A stretch of 64,000 bases of DNA from Dictyostelium fasciculatum (lineage: Eukaryota): assembly GCF_000203815.1 (NCBI RefSeq), contig NW_004457695.1, positions 1,296,054 to 1,360,053 of the forward strand. The letters are read 5' to 3'. The position numbers and the translations under genes were made by a program. Positions 26,378-39,131 of the stretch are shown here, piece after piece (the first letter of the stretch is position 1; each line of letters opens with the position of its first letter). The notes beneath the pieces were generated by a model. The model had not been told where the DNA came from. It saw nothing but the letters and a program-made list of their open reading frames with translations, and did no database searches.

Positions 26378-26941
26378 TTAGTTCCATGAAGAGTTTGACT
26401 TGTTTTGTTGTTGTCTGTTTGATCCATACTTGAGACGCATTTGTTCTCTTCTGGCATCGGTGACTGGAGTACGAGATTCGTGATTCAAGAGACCACGAGA
26501 CTCTTCGTCTTGAATGTGGTAGACCTTGGTCTTACGGCTACCGCAACAGCAGCAACAGCAGATGGTGAGGATGAAAAGGAAGAGGAGGACAGCAGCACCA
26601 CCAGCAGCAATCAAAATAGCATATCTACCTTGGATCTTGCATTGCATCCACATGAAATCCTTGCAAGTGTCCATTGGCTTGGAACCATAGAAAGTACCGT
26701 CAGAGCAGATGGCTGAAGAGTCGCACCATACACATCCCTTGTCTTCAGTACATGAACTACAGTTGGTAATCAATGCACATCCTGAAGAGTTGGTTGCTGC
26801 ATCTGATGATTCAATCGATGATGTTGATGCTGAATATACGTAACCATTAGCAATGGTTGCTATAATTATAAAAGGTAAATAATAATATAATATAATGTTG
26901 ATTAAATAGGGAAAGAAATCAAAGGTTAGTACTAAGGTCAT
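26378..26941 (-). CDS. Single-pass type I membrane protein with a PSI (plexin/semaphorin/integrin) Cys-rich ectodomain
   Basis: Hydrophobic N-terminus, then CALITNCSSCTEDKGCVWCDSSAICSDG...C (PSI-like spacing), TM AILIAAGGAAVLLFLFILTICCCCCC (juxtamembrane poly-Cys, a likely palmitoylation site), and a short cytoplasmic tail. Confidence 0.6.
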   Translation of the reverse strand: MTLVLTFDFFPYLINIILYYYLPFIIIATIANGYVYSASTSSIESSDAATNSSGCALITNCSSCTEDKGCVWCDSSAICSDGTFYGSKPMDTCKDFMWMQCKIQGRYAILIAAGGAAVLLFLFILTICCCCCCGSRKTKVYHIQDEESRGLLNHESRTPVTDARREQMRLKYGSNRQQQNKSNSSWN

Positions 26942-27326
26942 ATAAACACAATTGTATTCAACTGCAAATATTGAATAATAGTAGTCATTGTTGTGTTGTT
27001 GTTTGCTTATTTATCATCGCACTGCGCTACACATACCAAACAAAAGAACTAACGATAAGATTAAAAGCTTATTCATTCTGTATTAAAGTAATGATAATTA
27101 ATATATATATATATATAAAGAGGTTAAATAACAAATAAAGTATTTTACAAATATTTCGGCGAGATGGGCTTGGTGGTGTGTTGAGAAAGGCTGTTTTTGT
27201 GTCCTCGCAAAAATTTAAATGAAATTAATTCAAAAGGGGTTGTGTCTCAGAAAACAGAGGTGATGTCAAAGTCTTTATTCTTGGAGGTGGGCTGAGATGT
27301 GATCGGATGATGTCACACCCTTCAAA

Positions 27327-28076
27327 TCAAAGAGAGAGTTTTGATAGTAACCCATCAAGCTCGTCAATGCTAGGAGTATTAGCATTGATATTATTATTAT
27401 TATTATTTATATTATTGTTGGTGTTGCTTATTAAAGAGGTTACTAGTAAATTAATTTGTTGAACTATATTTCGATCATTATCACTTCCAAATTTCCAAAC
27501 ATATTCAGTTATACCTGATATAATATCTGATAGTTCTTGTTTCAAGTCTCTTCCTCCTCCTCCTTGAGAATTATAATTATTTCTTAATATATTTCTCATC
27601 CTCGACCCTGCAAGATCAATAGCTGTATTACCTTGAATATCTTTTTGTAATATCGGTTGATTATTTTCTACATAAACGATAATGATGATGATATTTTGAA
27701 TAAATAAATTGAAATCAATCATAATAATATCTCCATCACATCACTTTTGTTTCTTTTCTTTTTAATATTTCTTACTTGCAGCAAAATGTAATATTAATTT
27801 AACCATTCCTGAATTACCAGTGATTGAAGCAAGATGAAGAGCTGTATTATAATTTGTATCTTGTAGTGTTGTATTGATATTGTTTTCTAGTAGGAATTGA
27901 GCTACCTGTATTTGATTACGACAAACACTAACATGAAGAGCTGATCTTTTCTTTTCATCAACATCATCAATGTTTACATGTCGACCATACAACATTGTCT
28001 TTACATTCTCTAAATGTCCATTTGAGCATTCACTTAGATATTGTAGTACTAATGTTCTTCTATGACTATCATCCAT
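27327..28076 (-). CDS. Ankyrin-repeat protein (~211 aa). Exons 27785..28076 and 27327..27667, intron 27668..27784
   Basis: ANK motifs ...RSALHVSVCRNQIQVAQFLLENNINTTLQDTNYNTALHLASITGNSGMVKLILHFAAS | KNNQPILQKDIQGNTAIDLA.... GTAAGA donor and TATGTAG acceptor; phase 1 joins the two track ORFs. Confidence 0.7.
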
Positions 28077-28230
28077 TCAACAAAAACAAATATAAAACAT
28101 TTAAATCTAGACTAAACAAATGAGACAACAACAGTCCATCCTTTGTTTTTTTTTGTTAAAACTAATTAATTTTAATTATTTATATTTATATTTATATTAT
28201 TTGTTTAATACTTTATTTGTTATCTTTTAT

Positions 28231-31200
28231 TTATTTAGATGGATGATATAATAAATAATAAGTATTACCATTTGAATCACCAGTGACAATTTTGTTTTGA
28301 CGACAGTCCATAGAGGTGATTGGAGAGTTGTGAATAAATTCATTTTCGATTTCCTCCTTTTCAATGTTGTATACAATGAGACTGGTATCCTTGCTGGCCG
28401 ATACAATGTGTCTATTGTCAATGAATTTAATGGAAGAGATGGCATCCTTTTGAGAGGTGTTGATCGATTGGAATTGTTTCTTTTCCAAGTTGAAAATCTC
28501 GACGTTTCCTTCAAATGTACCGATTGCCAATAACTTGCTGTTGGGTGAGAATGCAAGTGATGTGATGTACTTGGTATCAGACATTGATCGGAGCGTGGTG
28601 GATGAGAGATTGGGAGTGGTCATTGTGAACTGGTTGGAACGACCAGCCGAGGCAATACACTCACCGTCACCTGAAAAGGCAAGACATTCAACCCAATCAG
28701 AGAGATGACATAGTTGATTGGTAGCCTTTTCCGACCATAGATGTACCTTGGTATCCCATGAACCAGTGACAAAGGTATCGAATTGTTGGAATGGTGCAAT
28801 GGCCGACACCTTTTCATTGTGTACCTTGAATACTTGAGAGGTGAGTAGATCCTTGGCATAGACAACAACTTGTCCATCTTCACAACCAATCACTAGTTTA
28901 CCTTCGAGTGTGAAAGCGACAGACGATGGAGCTGGACCAAATGAACGGATAGTCTTGACAATAGCATGTGTCTTGGTGTCGTAGACTTCGGTAGAGAGAC
29001 CCTTGCGCACAACTGCGACCAATGAACCGTCGAGTGAGAGTGCGACTTGAACAACAGAGTCACCAGCTTGAGATGGGATGGCTTGGGGTGCGAGTTCCCA
29101 AATCTTGACACTTCCATCGTTGGATGTAGAGGTGATGAGCTTCTTGTTGGCACTGCCTTGGATCTTGTCATTCTTGGCAGCAAAGATGGATTGTGGGATG
29201 GAACTAGAGTGACCGGTTAGAGTCATGACACACTGGCCAGTGGTGGGGTTCCAACACTTGATGAGACCATCGTCAGACGATGAGAGGATGCGACCAGTGC
29301 CGTCACCCAATTGCACAACATCACTGATACGAGACTGGTGGTGAAGGGTAGTAATCTCGCTACCAAACTCGGGATCCCATATCTTGATGGTATTGTCAAA
29401 GCTGCAACTGACAATGTACTTGAGGTCGTTGGTGAAAAAGGCACGCTCGATTGAACCCGTGTGTCCCTTTAGTGAGAGCAACTCCTTCTTGCTATTCATA
29501 CTCCACACCTTGATGTTAAAGTCCCAGCCACCTGAAACGATTCGCTTAGAGTCTGGTGCAAACGTGCAGAAATTGACCCAGTCAGTGTGACCGAGACACT
29601 TGCCAACCTCCTTGTAGCTGGCGGCCAAGTAGATGGTGATGGAACAGTCACGCGAGACAGTTGCAATGTACTTGCCGTTGGGAGAGAATGTGCAGCTCTT
29701 GATGGTGTTGGTCGAGCCTGGCAAGTGGGTGATGGGCGACAGTTTAGTGCCGTTCCAACGCCAAATGTTGGTGCGGTAATCGTCAGAGCACGAGATGAGT
29801 GTGGTTGTGTCGGAGGCAGTGTCGGTTGGGTTGAATGCGAGACAGTTGATCACTTCAATGTGTGCGTCCTTTTGGTAGTACTCGACGGATCGCTCGGCAA
29901 TGTTCCAGACGACGATTGCCTTGTCCTCGGACGTGGATGCCAACCAACGCTCGTTGCCAGAGAGTGCGACACTGGTGATGGCACGGGTGTGGGATTGTGG
30001 CAGCTTGGCAACGAGCTTGAACGAGTTACCAATGACTTCGTAGAGACGGATGATACAGTCGGAGCATCCTACAGCCAACACGTTGTTCTTGGGACTCCAC
30101 ACCATACAATTGGCCCATGCGTCACCGTCCATCTTGATCTGTCCGAGTTCGCAGCCGAGTGTTGGTGTCCAGACCTTGAGCGAAGAGTCGTCAGAGCTAG
30201 TGACAAACTGCTCTCCATCCTCTGAGAATGAACAATAATTGGCCGACTTGCTGTGACGACCAATGACAGAGAGCAACTTGGACGATGCAATGTCAAAGAG
30301 CAATACGGAGCCGTCCATGGCGGTCGCGATCATTTGTTTGGCACTTGGAGAAAACTCGCAGCTCTTGAGCGACCCCTTGATCTGGGTCGACACGTCAATG
30401 ACGTTGTTTGGCAACCACACGTTTCTGTTTACACGTTTAGCACCCTTTCCAAGGTTACTGTTGATGATCATGGCAACTTCGTTGATATTGTTGACGAGGT
30501 TGGCGACATTCCAAATCTTGATCGATCCGTCCCAACTGCATGTGGCAATCATCGTGCCGTCCTTGGTGAATGCACAGTGATTGACTGGCTTGTCATGTGC
30601 ATAGATCATCTTGACGTACGAGTGTGTGCTGAGGTTCCACATGACCAAACGACCGTCCAAACCAACCGAAGCAAACAGGTTGGCGTCCACGGGTGAGAAA
30701 CGTACACTTGTGACCGAACGGTCGTGTCCTCTGTCGAGAATATGTAGCGCCGATCCAACTACAACATCCCAAATAACAATCTTGTTGTCTAAACCACCGC
30801 TGACTAGTGTCTTGCCATCCTTGCTAAAGGAGAGTGAGCTGACCCAGTCGGTATGACCCTCGCCAAGAATCAACAACTCTGCGCCGGTTGGTCCTAACAG
30901 ACGGATACTCGAGTCTTTGGCGGCGACAGCCATCATCTGGCCGTTTGGTGCCCATGCGACGGCAGTTGTTCCCTGTCCGAATCCCGAAATGGTCTGGATA
31001 CAGCTGTCGCGTGTTTCTGGCTTGTTGTTCCACTCGACCCACGACTTTTTGTTGATCTTTTCAGCCAACTTGGCCACCTTGTGTGCGTGGCTGGTGGATG
31101 GCTGATTCATAGCCTGTTGGAAGACAAGTTGTGGAGACTTGGAGAGGATGTGTGCATTGGTCGAGAGCATTTGGAAAAAGTCGGTGATATTCGAGACGAT

Positions 31201-34200
31201 TGAGAATTGCTTGGCTTTGGCCGAGCTCATTGATCCTGAGCTCTTTTGCTGGGTAGCGTTAAAGTTGATGGTGGTAGTGCCGTCGTCTTGGCCACCTCCA
31301 ATGACCAAGAGATAGTCGAGTAGCAATTGACTGGTCATACCATGCTTGCACTTTTGTTCGACAAAGTTGAGGTTACAAAGGATCGATTCAAGCACTGCTG
31401 TCTGCTTGGAGTGGTAGTGATGGTAGACAATTTCACTGAGTGCTTTGGGGTCGGCACCATGGTAGGTTTGGTTGGCCTGTGGATCGGCACGCTCCATGTA
31501 AAAGGTGGCAAACTGCTTGTGGATACGTTCGGTCGAGTCGCTGGTAGTCAGGTACTTTTTGACGACCGCCAACTTCATTTGGTTGTGGAAAAAGTCGATT
31601 GTCTGGTCGTCACCATTGACTTGGACAAGAGACTGAATCGAACGGAATATCTTTGACCATATACCAATTGGCAGCAACTCTTCACCTAGTTCTCTACGTG
31701 CGGATAATACACGGAGATCCATTTCAGTGAGACCGATACGCGAACTGGCAATCGAGCCGAGTATACTACCAATCAACAACTTTCCACTGTCAGTTTCGAG
31801 ACGTGTGAGAATGTCTTGGAAGAGGACTGCAAGAGTTGGAGACAGCGATTTGATCTTGTCAGTGAGCTCTTGGAAGCCACCAAAGTAACGAAGTTCCTCG
31901 CAGGCCAACACGAGGTAGAGGGGGTTGGATGCGTCGGCCTTGTTCATGAGCATCTTCATTTGGTTGTTGGTGACTGACTCGTCGAGACGTTTGCGGTAGT
32001 CTGCAAGCTTGGTAGTGACAAGTGTCTGTGAGTCACGTGCGTCCATGGGGTCGACGGTCACTTCGAGCGGGCCACCCTTACGACGCTTGAGGATACTAAC
32101 GCTATGGTCACCATCAACCGATGTGATGATAGTCTTGACGGGTGACACGTTGGGAATCCAGTCGAGTGACTTGGCATTAAACTTGTTCTCAAGTTGATCA
32201 ATACCGTCGATAAAGAGGTAGATGTTTGCCTTGACAGACGCCTTTTTCAAGAGTACTTGGAGATAGATCTTGAGTTGTTTGTAGTCTGTTGGGATGGCCG
32301 ACACATCAACATCTGTTAAACCAGCCTTGGTGATGACTTGGTGACAGAGACGGTGGAGCATGTTGACTGCATTGGTCGACTTTAGTGTCGAGCCGACAAA
32401 ATGGTGCAATACAACCATTGGCAACTGACTCTTGAATTTGTGACGACTCTCTTGACGGAACTTGACAATATCATTGATAAACTGAGCTACGAGCGTTGTC
32501 TTGCCACATCCAGCCTTTCCAGTGAGCAACAAGATGTTGGACTTGTTGGTGGATGACTGTAACTTGGATACCTTGGGACTAGTTCCAAACGGACGAATAA
32601 CATCACAAAACTTGTACAAGCAGTTGGTTTCATCCTTGCGTCCAACAAACGACTTGGTCTTGAGGTCACGGTACACTTGCTCTTGTTCATCTTGTTGTTT
32701 CATCTCGTCGATTGCTTCATCCGACTCTTGGGTGTCTGGATACTGCTCTACAATCTTGGACCAAAGATCTTCGAGTACACGCTCGCTAAACTCTTCCAAA
32801 CCAATCGTTTGTGCTTGGTTATCGACCACTTCAATGGCACGTGGACTGTAAGTGTAATAATTGCAGTTTTGTTTGATCTTGGTCTTGAGAGACTCGAGTT
32901 TACCTGCACTATCACTATCCTCACATTCAAACTGTGTCTTTAGCTCCTTTGGTACGGCTACGGGGTTACGAATGTAAAAGAGACAGTTCGAGTTGATACC
33001 AGTCGAAGTGTTGCAGAGGTTGGTAGCATGGATCATTTCCAACTCGGTGATGGAACGACCCTTTGGATAATTACGAATCCAGTCGTAACGAGGCTCCTCT
33101 GAAAGCTTGTAGTTTGTTGGTACCCAACCATAACGTTGACCTAGGAGACCGATAAAGAATGGACGGCAACGATCAACCTCGTCCAAACACAATTCAACCG
33201 ATCTGTTCTTTTGTGCCTCGTCTTCAGTAATACCCCAACGCAAATCAATTTCACTGATATGTATCTTTCTCTTGGCACAACGTTCTCTCAACTCCGGAAA
33301 GATATGTTTAACCATTTGATTTCTTTCACCATGCATATCCAAAAAGGTAGATGATATGAATACTCTAATATTTCTCCATGGTTTAATATAATTGGCTACA
33401 TTTCCTACCAAAGGTACAGTCTCTTCCTTTTTCTTCTTTTCAAGAATGATTGTTGATGGATTATTCTTGTTGTCAGTTTCACCACTGCTGGTTTGAGTGG
33501 TATTGATAGTGATTGATTTTAATTTCTTTAATTCATCAATCTTTTCAACATATTGAAGTTGTTGGTCGATAGCACCACGTTGAGCGATGAATTTAAGGAT
33601 GGAGTCTGAGAAACCAGCAATGTAAATGTCATTCTTGTGAGCAGCGTTGGCATTTTGTGTTTGAGCGTTGTTTGATTTACCAGACAAGTTGATATTGACA
33701 AAGAGCAACGATGGGTTGAGCTCTTGACGGTACTTTGTCAAAATGTTGGCACGGTGTACTTGCAATTCCATCTGGACGGTGGTATGGTTGAGCAACAAGA
33801 GATTGTCAATACGCTTTTGCTTCATAATCATACTCATAATATAATCGGTTGGGAATAGATTATCATTTGCATCGGCATCAAATAATTGTTCAATCGTCTT
33901 TTTAATTGATTCCATCTTTGCAAGAATTGAATCTCCCAAAACCTCAGTAGAGTCGTCCTCTGAGACAGTTGACTCTTCTTCTGGTTTGTCTTGATCATAG
34001 ACAGAATCAACCAACTTTTCAATTGGATGAAGGAGTGAGTTTCCAAGTTTATCCTTGCCAATTAAAATGACTTCACATTCTTCACAAACAAATTGACACA
34101 TGAGACCTAGTAATAGAGCATTGTCAAGTTGAGTGTATTTGCTAGCATGTGGGTCTCTAGAGTTACCACCGCTGCTACCACCAACATAGACAAACACAAC

Positions 34201-35772
34201 AGTTGTACCAGAGATTGGTTTAACATTGATGATGGTTGACAATTTGATGGCATTGTCAAGAGCTTGACGGTAACGGTCCAATAGATCGGCTGGTGGGAAG
34301 AACTCTGTTTTGATGTTCTTTTCAGTGGCGAGTGCACGCAACTTGGTGACATCGGTTGGAATCGAGTTGTAGGCAGCCAAGAATTGCATGGGGAAGGTGT
34401 TTTGCTTGCCAATCAATACACGATTCGATAGCATTCTAATGATATTATCGTGTACACGAGCATGACAACCGGTAATCAAGAGATTACGAAGATTACGGAG
34501 CATGGCCATAAAGGGTAGCTTGTTGGCATCGATCAGTTCAGTCCAAGTGGTCGACTTGTTACCCTTTTCAGAAAGCATAGTCTCCCAAGTCTCTGGGATT
34601 GGTAACTTCATTCTAGTACCTGCACGTTCAGCTTCAAAGTCACCTGGCAACTTTGTCTTTTGGTAATCCTCATAGGTGAGTGGATACTTTTTACCAAGAA
34701 TACACATGATACTATAATTTGGCTTGGAAATATGAAGTACTCTAATCATTTGTTTTAATGATCCAGTTTGTTTCTCTTCAAACTCCTTTGTTAATCTATC
34801 CTTTTGTTCTGGATTCTTTTTAATCAATGACTAATGAAAAGATAAGTTAATATTTGTATTTTGTATATTTCTTTTTTTTTTTAATGCATACCTTTAACTT
34901 CTTTCTATTTCTTTTAATTTTACCTTCAGTATTGTATTTACCTAACTGATAAGTATCAAAATCAGTAAACTTATCAACCATTACATTTCTTAAAGATTTT
35001 GGAATAGTCTTTGAACTAAAGTTAGAAAAAAAAAAGAAAATGTAAAGGTTAGTAAACATATATCTATATTTAAAGGATACATTTAATATTTTGTTTCATT
35101 TTCTTACCTTAACAATTTGTTTGTAATGTTTGGGATTTCTAACCAATCTGATGGAAGACGAATAGTTGATTGGTAATACTTTTTGAGGTATGGTTGACAG
35201 GGAGGGATGACAGAAGCAAGTGCCATGAGATAATTGGCGACTGTTCGAATACCCAATTCCTGACGGGTGTACAATGACAACTTGAGAATAAACTCTGGGT
35301 CAAAGTAGGCGACGTGGTAGACATTGGTGATGATGTTTTCAAGTGCCGGTGTAACCTTGTTGAAACGTGGCTCCTTGATCAACGACGACGAGACAATGTT
35401 GATGAGCTCGAGCTTTTTCTCGCGCAATTGTATTTGGTCCAACATTGCAAATGCTCTGGTTTGAAGATCACTAAAGAATTGTGATTGTGTGAGACTGATG
35501 ACATCGTCTTCAACGTGGTCGCCGGCGGCAGGTCTGGGTAGTCTTTGTGGTGCAGCTCCACCTCTTTGTCTTGGCGATCTGGCCGAGGTGGCAGTTGCTG
35601 GTCTTGGTTGTCTTTCTGTTGCAGATGTGGGTGCTGCTTGGGGTACTGCTGAGGGTTGCGAGTTGAATCCACCTCTTCCTCCACGTGATGGTGTTGCTCC
35701 GCCTCTTCCGCGGCCTCCACGTAATGGTGTTCCTGCTCTTAAAGTGCCTCTTGTTCTTCCAGTGCTACTCAT
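28231..35772 (-). CDS. TROVE-NACHT-WD40 giant protein (TEP1 / telomerase- and vault-associated protein 1-like, ~2460 aa). Exons 35108..35772, 34892..35015, 28231..34830
   Basis: The N-terminus is RGG-rich. The TROVE domain is split over three exons (YFDPEFILKLSLYTRQELGIRTVANYLMALA...|...|...KLPFMAMLRNLRNLL...). A NACHT P-loop NTPase follows (ILLLTGKAGCGKTTLVAQF), then >20 WD40 repeats through the C-terminus. Introns 35016..35107 (GTAAGA) and 34831..34891 (GTATGC) are phase-consistent. The track ORF 34827 'M' is an in-frame TTG. Confidence 0.85.
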
Positions 35773-36844
35773 TCTTTAACACAAATGTTTTAGTTTCTAA
35801 ATTTAAATTTTAAAATGATGATGTTGTTGTTGATTTGTTTGTTTGTTTGCTTGATTGATTGACTGATTTAGCTTCTACTACTATTCTACTACTATTATTA
35901 CAAAAAAAGATAAATCAATATATAATTATTCAAACTACAAATAAATAACAATAATGAACAAAAAAAGCTACTCCATCAGCTTGTATATACAAACTGTGAA
36001 CTTTAAAATATCTTGTTTTTAAATCATAGAAAATTCTCAAATTCAGTGATGTAGACCACCGATCATCAAAGTTTACTCTTTAATTTTCTACAGTAGTTAA
36101 AAAGATAAGATAGACAAGACACAGACAGACATCAAGAGTCACACCAAAGTTCGAACTCGAGTTTCTGATGATTGATGTTACAGCATGTGGAGCTGTTCAT
36201 TCCTCTTGGATTCATTGTTATGGTCCCTCATTGCGCAAGTCATCACGTAAATGGTTACACAGTGTTAAAGAAGATCATATTGGTCAAAGGTTACTCTTTT
36301 TGGATGTCACAGTCAAAGATTCCATATGATCTTCTTGATTTTGTGTAACCCATTCTGCTCTCAAAATATATATATTTAAAAGTATGTTAAATCATGCATA
36401 TCAATCTCACCAAACCTACAAGAATTGCTCTAGAGCAGTTGGTGGTTGGCTAATTTAAAAAAGACAGGATAGGATAGGATAGGATAGGATGAGAGGTTTG
36501 AAATGAATGGATGTCATATCGAGTTCTAAATGAGTGATAAATTCAAACTCTGAAAGTTGGTACTTGGTTCCAAAATCATACCCATTTCCGATTCCATATG
36601 TTGGTGGTTCATTGATTGATGTTTTGTCTATATAATATATAAATTATTAAAAAAAAAGTAAAAATTATTATGAGTCTTGTTATTTTGAAACAAAGTATTG
36701 GCAAAGAGTATTTTTCTTGGTTATTTATTGTATATATGATAAATAGATTAGATGATAAATAAATATTTAAAAATAGGCAACCCATAACTATTATAAAATT
36801 TAAAAAAAATGATTAATATTAAAGGATTAACATTATATTATATT

Positions 36845-38246
36845 CTAATTAATTGTTTTGATACATACTTGATCATCATAATCTCCACCAAAGAAACCAA
36901 AATCGTTGCCATTCCAGAAAAGATTTTCAGTTTCATCCAATAGATTGACCAAATGGAAACCGGCGCGATGGTCTGTGATTTTAAACTTCCAACAGTAGGC
37001 ATCGGACAGTTTGGATACGTTGTCGTCGTAAACCTCGACACTACCGGTAGTTTTATCATTGTTTCTCATTAGGTAATAGGAGCTATTGATGTATGGACCA
37101 AAGGAGAGGAGGAAAACATCTTGACCGCGACCAGTAGCGGGCTTACAATAAAGTCTGCACTCTTTTGGACACCCCTGAACCTGTGGGACATTATCTTCCA
37201 CCATTCTATATCCTTTTACGGCGGGACACAAAATCAATCCAGTCTTGCAATGGACAATCTTAAAGGATCTATTTGATGGAATTTTATGAACCTAAAAAAA
37301 AAAATGAAAATGAATTAATCAAATCAATCAATCAAATCAATCGTTATTATTAAATTAATATATTTATACATACATCAACAGTATAAGAAAAAACAATCCA
37401 TTGTTGATCGCCTGCACCATCGATAGATTGATAAAGAAAAGATTCACCTGGAGCGGGTTTGCCGGCTACAACTCCACCACCTGAAAATCCTAGTTTGATG
37501 AAAACGTCTCCACCGCTCATCCAATTGGTTCCAACATTGAATACTTGGGTGTGGCTTTCACTACCGATTTCTTGGGTCGACTGGAGATACAGGTTGTTGT
37601 TCTTGTAGGTCAAATATCTTGTTTGCTCCTTGTCGCCTATTTTCTTGGTGCTGATGAGCTTGATGTTGTACGGACCGCTGCTATCGGGTTGGTAGGCAAA
37701 GTACTCCTCAGAGTTTAACGGGTCGAATGGCTGAGTGAGAGCATCGACATTGGCGAGTGGGATGGCTAGATCATCCGATTTACCCTTGCCAGCACACATA
37801 AAGTGTTTAGTTTGTGCGTTACAGAATCGGACAAAATTGTAGTCTTGGTACTTGTCGAGATCGGGTGCAACATACTTGTAGTCGTCGACGGGTGGTTGTA
37901 CTTGGCCATTGTCTGTTTCGATTCTCAAGTGCCACCATGGAGCATGGGTGAGATCCAACTGATGACATGGATCCATGTCTGCGAGGACAACAAGATTGCA
38001 CGATCCATAAACACCTTCCTTTTTGGCGCCAAAGTACATGGCATCACCTCTTCCAGTTTGTTCCATTGTGTTTGGAATCTTGAATACCCATTCAAGTTCA
38101 TCAATTGTCAATCCAATAACTGATCCAGCCGCAACACCTTCATTTCCTCCACTTTTTCCTGGTCCATAGGCCTTGGGGTCAACACCGAGGCTATCCAGTT
38201 CACGAATATAATCATCGCGATATTTTTCAAAATCGGTAACATTCAT
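36845..38246 (-). CDS. Hypothetical protein (~445 aa), beta-rich, function not recognised. Coding exons 37374..38246 and 36845..37291, intron 37292..37373. Putative non-coding or unresolved 5' exons at 38579..38599 and 38418..38467
   Basis: Two track ORFs are joined by a GTATGT..TTTTTTAG phase-0 intron (...SYTVD|VHKIPSNRSFK...). Upstream of ATG 38246 are two short exons flanked by canonical GTAAGT donors and TATAG/AACAG acceptors, but the frame does not close in my reading, so they may be 5'-UTR exons. A GTATGT lies immediately after ...DYDDQ, six codons before the stop; an alternative 3' exon is possible. Confidence 0.55.
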
Positions 38247-39131
38247 AATTTCTCCTGGTCCCTGAACACGAGTAGAAAACCAAATAGCACATGCGTCCTG
38301 TGTTTGTTTTTGTCCTGGTGATAAATTAAATGTTCTGTTTAAATAAAAAGGATTAATATTAAGGAATAGTAAGGGACAAATGTATAAAAATAAGAATAAG
38401 AAAAAGGGTATACTTACGGTCCTCCCAAAGCAAAGAATGTTACTGGAAATGAAAGAGCATTTCTTACCTATAAATATATTTATTTTTGATCAAAACAAAA
38501 AAAATAATAATGATTAGAGGAGGGTACTACTAATACTATTACGAAAGTTGGTCTATCACAATTTAAATGTGTACTTACTGTGAATTTTTCAACTGCCATG
38601 ATAATATTCGTGTTGATAATGTTTAAACAATAACAATGAATGATTGTTCCTCTTCAGTTTAAATAGCTTTGGTGTGCGCTTGATATTTTTTGCCATGCAC
38701 GTGAAGTTTCATTTAGAATGAAGATATTAAAGGTTGTGTGTAACCTGATCGTGTTTCCACATCCTCGGCATCCACTGCATCCACCACATTTGTTTGCATG
38801 ATCAATGTTGTTTGTTTCTCTTTTTGGTCTTTCTTTGATCACATCTACAATGAACTCGTGGGGCTAGCACTGCATGTTGTGGATTATCGATCTGAATGTG
38901 ATAATCTGAATGGTTGGCGAACCACAATATTAATATTATGTGTAGAGATATTATTTCAAGTTACAGAAGGTCGTGTCAGAAGTGCACAGTAGGGCACGTG
39001 CTCTATCTTTTTCAAAAAAAAAAAAGTAGTTAATGATCAAAAAACAAACAAAATAGAAATAGAAATAAAATATATTAATACATTTTAACAAAATATTTAA
39101 TTAATAAGAGTGATTGATTTGTAAATTATTG

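Noticed and set aside
28297-32943. Numerous 60-210-aa ORFs on both strands inside 28.2-34.8 kb
   Set aside because: All are nested within or antisense to the single 6.6-kb TEP1-like exon.
36100-36500. tRNA-like snippet 'CCAAAGTTCGAACTCGAG' and the (GGATAG)4-5 microsatellite at about 36463..36490
   Set aside because: No acceptor, D or anticodon arms can be built around the TTCGAAC motif. The hexamer repeat is an ordinary intergenic microsatellite.
38654-38842. Cys/Gly-rich ORF 38654..38842 (…CGGCSGCRGCGN…)
   Set aside because: Short, low-complexity, in an intergenic gap with no splice or start context; most likely chance.
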